Source of the DNA: Clostridia bacterium
GTDB taxonomy: Bacteria > Bacillota > Clostridia > Christensenellales > CAG-138
Assembly: GCA_017616435.1 (NCBI GenBank)
Contig: JAFZYC010000012.1
Location: forward strand, 3,327-67,326
Length of the DNA stretch: 64,000 nucleotides
Direction of reading: 5' to 3'
Made by a program: the position numbers and the translations under genes. Within the stretch, counting starts at the first letter, position 1. Every line of letters starts with the position of its first letter. Below are positions 28,406 through 36,492 of this stretch, in pieces. A model generated the notes under the pieces. That model made no database searches, was not told where the DNA came from, and saw only the letters and a list, made by a program, of their open reading frames with translations.

Positions 28406-29482
28406 TTACGCCCTCTTGTAGAAGGGGAGCTCGACGCGTTCGCAGGGGATCTGACGGCCGCGGACGTCGATAGTCCATACGGCGTCTTTGGGAGCGTCGG
28501 CGGGAACGAGCGCCATGGCGTAGTTGCCGCCGAGGCTGGGCGCGGGACCGCCGGAGGTGGTGAAGCCGACCTCTTCGCCGTTCATCAGAACGGGCATGTG
28601 CTCCCTCGCGAGGCCCTTGAGGACCTTCAGGCCGATGCGCTGACGGGTCTTGGGCTGCATGAGGGCTTCACGGCCGATGAAGGAGGGCTTCTTGAACTTG
28701 ATGGCGAAATCGACGCCGCACTCGACGGGGTTGATCTTGTCGCTCATCTCGTGGCCGTAAAGGGGCATGGAGGCCTCGAAGCGGAGCGTGTCGCGCGCGC
28801 CGAGACCGCAGGGGAGAAGACCGAACTCCTTGCCCGCGGCAAGCAGAGCGGCATGGAGCTTCAGCGCGTCGGGAGCGGCGCAGTAGAGCTCGACGCCGTC
28901 CTCGCCGGTGTAGCCGGTGCGGGAGACGAGGCACTTAACGCCCGCGACGATGTTGTTCTCCGTAAAGGTGTAGTTCTTCGCGGGGATCTCGCCAACGTAG
29001 CCGACTGCCTTGAGCACTTCCTCGAACTTCGGGCCCTGCAGAGCGAGCTGCGCCCAGGCGGGGCTCTCGTTCCTGACAGTGAGGCCCTGAGGAGCGTTCA
29101 TCTTCATCCAGTCGAAATCCTTCTGGGTGTTGGCGGCGTTGACTACCAGCATGTAGCGGGTGTCATTGAACTTGTAGATGAGGACATCGTCGACAGCTCC
29201 GCCGTCGGGATAGCACATGACGGCATAGCGGCAGCGGCCGGGAGTCATGGTCGTGATGTCGTTGGTGACGAGCTCCTGGATGAAATCGAAGGCAGCTTCG
29301 CCTTCAATGAAGACCTCGCCCATGTGTGAAACGTCAAAGAGACCGCAGGCGGTGCGGACTGCCTTGTGCTCTTCGATTATCGAGCTGTACTGAACGGGGA
29401 GCGCCCAGCCGCCGAAATCGACCATCTTGCCGCCGAGAGCGATATGCGCCCGATAAAGCGGAGTTTTTTTGAGTTCGTCCAT
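28406..29482 (-). CDS. gcvT: aminomethyltransferase (glycine cleavage T protein)
   Basis: 358 aa. Typical GcvT N-terminus KKTPLYRAHIALGGKMVDFGGWALPVQY. Confidence 0.94.
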   Translation of the reverse strand: MDELKKTPLYRAHIALGGKMVDFGGWALPVQYSSIIEEHKAVRTACGLFDVSHMGEVFIEGEAAFDFIQELVTNDITTMTPGRCRYAVMCYPDGGAVDDVLIYKFNDTRYMLVVNAANTQKDFDWMKMNAPQGLTVRNESPAWAQLALQGPKFEEVLKAVGYVGEIPAKNYTFTENNIVAGVKCLVSRTGYTGEDGVELYCAAPDALKLHAALLAAGKEFGLLPCGLGARDTLRFEASMPLYGHEMSDKINPVECGVDFAIKFKKPSFIGREALMQPKTRQRIGLKVLKGLAREHMPVLMNGEEVGFTTSGGPAPSLGGNYAMALVPADAPKDAVWTIDVRGRQIPCERVELPFYKRA

Positions 29483-29655
29483 TCTTATACCCCTTCCTTT
29501 ATGTGTGATTTTTACCTATTTTGGGGCTTGGCCGCGGAAAAGACCGCATACCTTGCATTATACTTCGTATTATATAACTAAAATCAAGGCAGTAAAAGGG
29601 GTTTTGAGGATATATTTTAGCCTTTTTTCTTTGCCGTGAGCCGCCTTTGCGGCAT

Positions 29656-29683
29656 ATAAAAAGGGCGGGGTCTTACCCCGCCG
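29656..29683 (-). terminator. intrinsic terminator after the tiny Cys/Gly/Trp peptide gene
   Basis: Minus strand GGCGGGG-TAAGA-CCCCGCC followed by CTTTTTATAT. Confidence 0.7.
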
Positions 29684-29700
29684 CAATGCTTATGCCGTTC

Positions 29701-29925
29701 TCAGCAGCCGCAGGAATTGCCGCAGCCGCACCCGTTATTGTTTTCGTTCTCACAGCCGCAGCCGCCCCATGTGCCGAGCAGCGCGAGGATTATGAGCCAC
29801 CACCAGTTGCCGGTGCCGCAGCCGTTGTTCTCGCAGCCGCAGCCGCAGCCGATACCGCCGTTGCCGAACAGGAGCAGGAGAATGATCACCCACCACCAGT
29901 TGTCGCCGAAGTTACCGTTGCACAT
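29701..29925 (-). CDS. 74-aa Cys/Gly/Trp-rich hydrophobic peptide with internal duplication (possibly related to tiny-TM YjcZ-like sporulation peptides)
   Basis: Strong RBS AAGGAGGG 7 nt before the ATG, and its own terminator. Two units of GxNWWW-[VL]IIL.LL-G..GG-CGC(GC)EN.. are visible. 11 Cys, 19 Gly and 7 Trp, with no Lys/Arg/His. The family assignment is a guess. Confidence 0.6.
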   Translation of the reverse strand: MCNGNFGDNWWWVIILLLLFGNGGIGCGCGCENNGCGTGNWWWLIILALLGTWGGCGCENENNNGCGCGNSCGC

Positions 29926-30013
29926 ATCATTACCCTCCTTAACGGGAAATACTTGATACGGTCGAAAACCGTTCAGGATATAATACGCGCGCCGGAGGGA
30001 ATTGGTGAAGGGC

Positions 30014-30286
30014 TCAGCCTTCCTTGGGAGCAGGCTTTCTGTATTCCAATAGGTCGCCCGGCTGGCAGTCCAGCGCCTCGCACAGACGGCAGAGCGTGGA
30101 GACCTTGATCGCCTTTGCCTTTCCGTTTTTCAGTATCGAAATATTGGAGATCGTGATGCCCACCTTCTCGGCAAGATCGCCCACGCGCATCTTGCGCTTT
30201 GCGAGCATAACGTCGATATTGAATATCATCTCGCCGCAGGTGATCGCGGCTTCGGGTTCAAGCTCTTTTTTCATAAGGCGCCTCAT
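30014..30286 (-). CDS. XRE-family helix-turn-helix transcriptional regulator (YozG-like)
   Basis: HTH segment MRVGDLAEKVGITISNISILKNGK. The ATG at 30286 overlaps the stop of the upstream membrane gene (ATGA). Alternative starts are at 30274 and 30229. Confidence 0.75.
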   Translation of the reverse strand: MRRLMKKELEPEAAITCGEMIFNIDVMLAKRKMRVGDLAEKVGITISNISILKNGKAKAIKVSTLCRLCEALDCQPGDLLEYRKPAPKEG

Positions 30287-30768
30287 ATCGTAAGGTCGCT
30301 CTGCTCCTGCAGAGCCGCGGCCTTGTAAGCGTGGTGGGAAAGCGCGGCGGCGGCGACGCATATCGCGGCCCCCGCGAAGCAGACGAACAGCACGAGTATG
30401 ACCGCACCGGGATGATAGACCTTCGTTACCGCCATCAGCACCGCCGAGGCGATGAAAAAGTACGCGGCGTCGATCCCCGCGAGTATGGATATCACCGCGA
30501 GGTATTTGGCGTTATTTCTGCAGAAGGGCTCGCCCTTTTCTATGTTGGCGGTTATCAGCCACGCGAGCACGAGCGCGGCGAATATAGGCAGAGCGGTGAC
30601 GCTTATCACGATGAGCCAGGGCGTGAACAGATAAGCGTACTCGCCTTCGCCGGAGAACGCGAGATCCCTCCCGAGATCCGGGATGATCAGTATGTACACC
30701 GCCGCGGCGCATATCGCGACGCCGATAATGACCGCCTTCAGCAGCAGCGCGAGAGTTTTTTGTTTCAT
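30283..30768 (-). CDS. DUF2975-like four-TM membrane protein (usual partner of YozG-like regulators)
   Basis: Start at ATG 30768, 8 nt after AAAGGAG and downstream of the promoter at 30799-30827. Four hydrophobic helices. The pairing with a small XRE regulator is a known gene-pair pattern. Confidence 0.6.
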   Translation of the reverse strand: MKQKTLALLLKAVIIGVAICAAAVYILIIPDLGRDLAFSGEGEYAYLFTPWLIVISVTALPIFAALVLAWLITANIEKGEPFCRNNAKYLAVISILAGIDAAYFFIASAVLMAVTKVYHPGAVILVLFVCFAGAAICVAAAALSHHAYKAAALQEQSDLTI

Positions 30769-30798
30769 AATGGACGCTCCTTTCGGGTTTCTGTACAC

Positions 30799-30827
30799 AT
30801 GATAGCACAACCAACGCGTGATGTCAA
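30799..30827 (-). promoter_or_regulatory. promoter of the DUF2975-like/HTH pair
   Basis: Minus strand TTGACA (30822-30827), 17-nt spacer, TG-extended TATCAT (30799-30804). Confidence 0.55.
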
Positions 30828-30902
30828 CAATAATTTATTGAATTACAATAAAAATATTTTTTGCCGTCAGCACAGGGCTGTGGAGCCGCTATCCAGCGGG
30901 GA

Positions 30903-30931
30903 TTGACAGAAGCCTTGAGAAGGGATATCAT
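30903..30931 (+). promoter_or_regulatory. promoter of the M16 peptidase gene
   Basis: TTGACA (30903-30908), 17-nt spacer, TATCAT (30926-30931). Confidence 0.55.
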
Positions 30932-30965
30932 ATACGGGTAAATCTTAATATCGGAGGACAAAGCA

Positions 30966-33824
30966 TTGAAACTCGAATCAGGTACTGTTATCCACGGCTT
31001 CCGTGTGGAGCGCGTCCGCGAGAGCGCGGAGCTCGGCGGCGTATTCTACGAGATGCGTCATGAAAAGGTCGGATCCCAGCTCTGCTGGCTCGACAACGGC
31101 AACTCCAACAAGCTCTTCTGCGTAGGCTTCAAGACCCTGCCGGAGGATTCCACGGGCGTTTTCCACATTCTGGAGCATTCGGTGCTCTGCGGTTCGGAAA
31201 AGTATCCCGTCAAGGAGCCCTTCGTCGATCTTTTGAAGAGCTCGATGAACACCTTCCTGAACGCGATGACCTTCCCCGACAAGACCATCTACCCCGTATC
31301 GAGCAGAAACGAGAGGGATTTTTTGAATCTCACCGGGGTCTATCTTGACGCGGTCTTCGCGCCGCGCTGCGTTCTGGATCCCAACGCCTTCCGTCAGGAG
31401 GGCTGGCATCTTGAGGTCGGCGAGGACGGCAAGCCCTATTTCAACGGCGTCGTCTACAACGAGATGAAGGGCGCGACCTCCGGCGTCGACGACATACTCG
31501 AGGAGGGTATGGGCGCGCTGCTCTTCCCGGACAACTGCTACGGCTTCAATTCGGGCGGCGAGCCGAAGAACATCCCCGATCTCACCTATGATATGTACAA
31601 GGCGATGTATCATAAGTACTATCATCCCTCCAACGCGAGGTTCTTCCTGGACGGCGCGGTGCCCCTCGAGGAGACCCTCGGGCTCATCGAGTCCTATATC
31701 GGCTCCGCCGAGCGCGCGGACTCCGAGCACGTCATCCCCATGCAGGAGATGAAGCCCGCGAAGGCGACCGTCTATTACGAGATCGGCGCCGAGGAGGAGA
31801 CGGAAAACCGCTCCATAGTCGCCTACGGCAAGATAGCGGGCAGCTACGCCGAAAAGAGGAAGCTCATGATGACGGAAGTGCTCTGCGCACTGCTCGCGGA
31901 CACCAACGAGTCGCCGTTAAAGCGCGCGATACTCGATGCGGGTCTCGGCGAGGACGTCGACCTCTCCTGCGATACTTATACGGAGCAGGCGAGGCTCGTT
32001 CTGATCGTCCGCAATACAGAAGCCGATAAGGCCGAAGCCATCCGCAAGGTGACGGAGGAGACCGTCGAAGGGCTCCTCAAGGAAGGCCTTGACAGGACGC
32101 TGCTCACCGCTTACCTCAACCGCTACGCCTTCCGCGTAAAGGATCAGGAAGAGCCCGCGGGCATTGTGCGCAGCATAATGAGCTATATGAGCTCCCTTTA
32201 CGGCGGCGATCCCATGCTCTATCTCGAGAACGACGCCGATATTGCTGCGCTGCGCGGCGAGATCGAGAACGGCGGCTTCGATAAGCTCCTCGGCGAGCTG
32301 TTCGATTTCGACAATATGGCGATGCTCACCGTGCTTCCCTCCAAGACCTACGGCGATGAGCTCCGCAGGGACGAGGCCGAGCGCGCCGAGAGGATGTACG
32401 CTGCGCTTTCCGATGAGGAAAAGGCGGAGCTCACCGAGGCCAACGAGCGTCTGCACGAGTGGCAGAACAAGCCCGACGATCCCGCGGACACCGCGAAGCT
32501 CCCCGTGCTGCCCCTTTCCGAGGTCAGCCCCGATCCCATCGTCGTTCCCACCGAGGTGCATACGAAGCGCGGCTTCCCGATGCTGTATCATAAGATCCCC
32601 TCGCAGGGCATAACCCACCTCAATCTCTACTTCTCGCTCACGGATCTTTCCGTCCGCGAGCTTTCCGCGGCGGGCCTCATGGCGGCGATACTGACCAAAA
32701 TGCCCACGAGGAAGCATACGGTCGCCGAGCTGCAGAAGCTCATAAAGACCTATATCGGCTCCCTCCGCTTCGACGTAAAGGCGTCCATGAGGAAACCCGA
32801 GGCGTGCACTCCCTATTTCGCCGTCGCCTGCGACGTGCTCGACGAGAACTTCGATAAGGCCGTCGAGATACTCCTCGAGATACTCCTCGAGACCGAGTTT
32901 GCGGAGACCGACCGCATCCGCGAGATACTCGCCCAGATCGACGAAGCCACAAAGCAGCGCGCGATCATGGCGGGCCATCAGATGGGCGTCACCGCCGTCA
33001 CGAGCCATTATCTGTCCTCCGCCGTCGTCACCGAGGCGACGTCCGGCTATACCTTCAGGAGCTATGTCAAGGGCCTCAATAAGGATTTCGAGGCCGGACG
33101 CGACGAACTCGTATCCGTCATGGAGCGGATCCGCGATGATTCCTTCGTCAAGAACCGCATGACCGTCGGTCAGACCGCGACCGAGAAGCAGTGCGTCTGC
33201 AAGCTCGCGGAGGCGCTTCCCGAGGGTACGCCCGTTGCGGCCGAGGTGCATTACGACAGCCCCGTTCCCGAGAGAATGGGCGTCCGCATCCCCGCGCAGG
33301 CGAACTTCGCGGAAAAGGGCATTCTCGTTCCCGATATGACGGGCTCCATGAGGATAGCGGCGAATATCCTTTCGCTCGGCTTCCTCTGGAACCGCGTGCG
33401 CGTACAGGGCGGCGCTTACGGCGCGGGCCTTTCCGTGAACGACAGGGGTACCATCTGCCACTATTCCTACCGCGATCCTTCCCCCGCGAGGAGCATTGGC
33501 GTGTACGGCGAAGACGCCGATTACATCACCTCCTTCTGCGAGAGCGGTGAGGATCTTACCAAGTACATCATCTCCGCGATAGGCAATACCGAGCCCCTCC
33601 GCACGCCCGCGGAGCAGGGCGCGGCCGCCGATATGGATTGGCTCGACGGCAGGACAGAGGAGTTCGCGAGGAAGCAGAGGGCCGAAATGCTCGCCACCGA
33701 TAAGGAGGCGCTGCTCGCTCTCCGCAAGGCGCTCAAGGACTGCGCCGAAAACGGCATGGTCTGCGTCGTCGGCAGCGACGCCGCGCTGGCGGAGTTCGGC
33801 GACCTGACGATAATGGACATGTAA
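30966..33824 (+). CDS. insulinase-family zinc peptidase (M16, PreP/presequence-protease-like, about 950 aa)
   Basis: TTG start 7 nt after GGAGGA. Inverted zinc motif HILEH (HxxEH) near the N-terminus. Length and four-domain layout are typical of M16C peptidases. Confidence 0.85.
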   Translation: MKLESGTVIHGFRVERVRESAELGGVFYEMRHEKVGSQLCWLDNGNSNKLFCVGFKTLPEDSTGVFHILEHSVLCGSEKYPVKEPFVDLLKSSMNTFLNAMTFPDKTIYPVSSRNERDFLNLTGVYLDAVFAPRCVLDPNAFRQEGWHLEVGEDGKPYFNGVVYNEMKGATSGVDDILEEGMGALLFPDNCYGFNSGGEPKNIPDLTYDMYKAMYHKYYHPSNARFFLDGAVPLEETLGLIESYIGSAERADSEHVIPMQEMKPAKATVYYEIGAEEETENRSIVAYGKIAGSYAEKRKLMMTEVLCALLADTNESPLKRAILDAGLGEDVDLSCDTYTEQARLVLIVRNTEADKAEAIRKVTEETVEGLLKEGLDRTLLTAYLNRYAFRVKDQEEPAGIVRSIMSYMSSLYGGDPMLYLENDADIAALRGEIENGGFDKLLGELFDFDNMAMLTVLPSKTYGDELRRDEAERAERMYAALSDEEKAELTEANERLHEWQNKPDDPADTAKLPVLPLSEVSPDPIVVPTEVHTKRGFPMLYHKIPSQGITHLNLYFSLTDLSVRELSAAGLMAAILTKMPTRKHTVAELQKLIKTYIGSLRFDVKASMRKPEACTPYFAVACDVLDENFDKAVEILLEILLETEFAETDRIREILAQIDEATKQRAIMAGHQMGVTAVTSHYLSSAVVTEATSGYTFRSYVKGLNKDFEAGRDELVSVMERIRDDSFVKNRMTVGQTATEKQCVCKLAEALPEGTPVAAEVHYDSPVPERMGVRIPAQANFAEKGILVPDMTGSMRIAANILSLGFLWNRVRVQGGAYGAGLSVNDRGTICHYSYRDPSPARSIGVYGEDADYITSFCESGEDLTKYIISAIGNTEPLRTPAEQGAAADMDWLDGRTEEFARKQRAEMLATDKEALLALRKALKDCAENGMVCVVGSDAALAEFGDLTIMDM

Positions 33825-33831
33825 GACAAAT

Positions 33832-33860
33832 AAAAAAACGCCCCGCGGGGCGTTTTTTTA
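33832..33860. terminator. bidirectional terminator between the M16 peptidase gene and psuG
   Basis: AAAAAAACGCCCCGCGGGGCGTTTTTTT, a palindromic stem with A and T runs. Confidence 0.8.
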
Positions 33861-33868
33861 TTATGTTT

Positions 33869-34783
<915 letters not shown>

Positions 34784-34796
34784 AAGCTTGCCTTTC

Positions 34797-34824
34797 AAAA
34801 AAACGGGCAGCCTCAGCCGCCCGT
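34797..34824 (-). terminator. intrinsic terminator after the DUF1858 gene
   Basis: Minus strand ACGGGC-GGCTGAGGCT-GCCCGT followed by TTTTTTTG. Confidence 0.55.
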
Positions 34825-34837
34825 TGTCTCATGTCCG

Positions 34838-35044
34838 TTACGCGTTCTTCTGAGCGAGCCAATCGTTGATGGTCGCAACGAGCTGATCGCAGTCGATGCC
34901 GTGGACTGCGCAGGCCTGCTCAAGGCTCTCGCCGCTCGCCATGACGCAGCCGAGGCAGTGCATGCCGCTCGCCATGAGAATGTTCGCGATGCCGCGATCG
35001 ACCAGGATGATCTCTTCGATAGTCATGTTTTTGTTGATTTCCAT
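34838..35044 (-). CDS. DUF1858 / hybrid-cluster-associated redox disulfide-type small protein
   Basis: 68 aa. MTIEEIILVDRGIANILMASGMHCLGC with a CxxC. Strong AAGGAGG RBS. Confidence 0.7.
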   Translation of the reverse strand: MEINKNMTIEEIILVDRGIANILMASGMHCLGCVMASGESLEQACAVHGIDCDQLVATINDWLAQKNA

Positions 35045-35079
35045 TGTTATATCCTCCTTGGAGCTTATTTACGGGGGAT

Positions 35080-35108
35080 ATTATAATCGTATTGTTTTAG
35101 GAAATCAA
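35080..35108 (-). promoter_or_regulatory. promoter of the DUF1858 gene
   Basis: Minus strand TTGATT (35103-35108), 17-nt spacer, TATAAT (35080-35085). Confidence 0.5.
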
Positions 35109-35120
35109 GATATATTTGCG

Positions 35121-36356
35121 TCAGCGCGGATCTTTGAGATATGCCTCTATCGCGCGGGAGGCGAACTCGGCCGTTCCCTCTCCGCCCGCTGCGTCGATAT
35201 TGCCCTTCATGCGCTCGTCGCACGCGTACAGTCGCCCGAGGCCCAAAAGTATCTCGTCGGCGCAGGTATAATAATGCTCGGTGATGTACGCCTTGAGCTT
35301 CGCCGCCGTTTCCTTCGCCTCCGGGGAATCGGGAGAAAGCTCCTTTATATTCCCGAACTCGCGGAAGATGTTCATAAGTCCCTTCGCGGCCGCTGCGGTC
35401 TTGTCGCCCCGCTTTTCGTACTCCTCATACGCGGCGGTGCCGCCCCAGCGCTTTTGCGCCTCCGTGCGCTTTATCACGGGCACCCAGACCGCGCTGTGAT
35501 AATCCGGATCGGTCTTTTCTCCCCTCAGGCAGTCGTACCATTCAACGGTCGCGTTCCCGCAGATCTCGTAATCGGGATTGCCCGGGAGCCATTCCTTGAA
35601 TATTCTCGCGGAAAGGCTCTGGAGCGCCTCCGGGACGGGGCCGACGCAGTCGAACACCGCCCAATCCCCGCGCGGGAACTCATAGAGCATCATGCCCTCC
35701 GGCACTTCGCCGCCCGAGTATTTGCCCGCGACAAGATATGTGAAAGTGTTGCCGTCCGTACCGTCTATGCATACGCCGAACTCGCCTATGCAGTTGTCGA
35801 CGAGTGCCTTTTCATACGCGTTGGCGGGGGCGTTGCCCGCGTAAACGTTGTATGCGTATTTTTCACAGAGCTCATCCCAGAACCTGGGTATCTCCGAAAA
35901 GGCCGTATCGTAAGAGAACTCCCTCTTGAAGCCGATGAGCTTAAACGGGAACATCGGCGCTATCCTGTAATCCATCCTGTCTCCTCCCTGTACTGAAATG
36001 TTGATGCTCAGGGGAAGGAAGGTCCTTATCGGCGCCGAGCCGGAGCGCGCCTGCGAAGGGCTTATTCCGTGGAACCGCGTGAAAGCCTTTGTGAAGCTTT
36101 CCGGAGTATCGTAGCCGTATTTGAGCGCGACGTCGATCACCCTTTCGCCCTCGTTCTTAAGATCCAGCGCGGCGCAGTAAAGCCGCCTGTTCCTCAGGTA
36201 TTCGCCTATGCCGAATCCGGTCATGAGCGAAAACCCCCGCTGCAGGAAGAATGGTGAAACGAACACGCTTTGGGCCACTTCCTTGACCCCTATTTCATCC
36301 GTAAGGTGCGCCTCCATATAGGCGACGGCCCCGCGGACGGCAGTAAGCCATTCCAT
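35121..36356 (-). CDS. AraC-family transcriptional regulator fused to GyrI-like effector domain and TipAS-like C-terminal domain
   Basis: Residues 1-105 form an AraC dual HTH (IDVALKYGYDTPESFTKAFTRFHGISPSQAR). The middle region is GyrI-like (FKLIGFKREFSYDTAFSEIPRFWDE). The C-terminal ~120 aa match the TipAS pattern (KRWGGTAAYEEYEKR...LGRLYACDERMKGNID). Confidence 0.75.
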   Translation of the reverse strand: MEWLTAVRGAVAYMEAHLTDEIGVKEVAQSVFVSPFFLQRGFSLMTGFGIGEYLRNRRLYCAALDLKNEGERVIDVALKYGYDTPESFTKAFTRFHGISPSQARSGSAPIRTFLPLSINISVQGGDRMDYRIAPMFPFKLIGFKREFSYDTAFSEIPRFWDELCEKYAYNVYAGNAPANAYEKALVDNCIGEFGVCIDGTDGNTFTYLVAGKYSGGEVPEGMMLYEFPRGDWAVFDCVGPVPEALQSLSARIFKEWLPGNPDYEICGNATVEWYDCLRGEKTDPDYHSAVWVPVIKRTEAQKRWGGTAAYEEYEKRGDKTAAAAKGLMNIFREFGNIKELSPDSPEAKETAAKLKAYITEHYYTCADEILLGLGRLYACDERMKGNIDAAGGEGTAEFASRAIEAYLKDPR

Positions 36357-36449
36357 AGATACCGTTTCCTTTCCTTGATGGTGCCATTATACCCGCAGCC
36401 AAACCCGCTGTCCTGTCAAATAATGCCCCGATCTGTCCTGCGTCAGCGG

Positions 36450-36481
36450 AATAAGCAAAAGAGCGGCCAAGCCGCTCTTTT
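36450..36481 (-). terminator. intrinsic terminator after glgP
   Basis: Minus strand AAAAGAGCGGC-TTG-GCCGCTCTTTT followed by GCTTATT. Confidence 0.7.
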
Positions 36482-36492
36482 AAGTAACAAGA

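Noticed and set aside
29701-29925. Periodic GCAGCC/GCCGCAGCC repeats that could be mistaken for a short repeat array or CRISPR-like periodicity
   Set aside because: There are no regular repeat-spacer units of 25-40 bp. The periodicity is explained by the (Cys-Gly)n codons of the minus-strand peptide gene, which has a strong RBS and a terminator.
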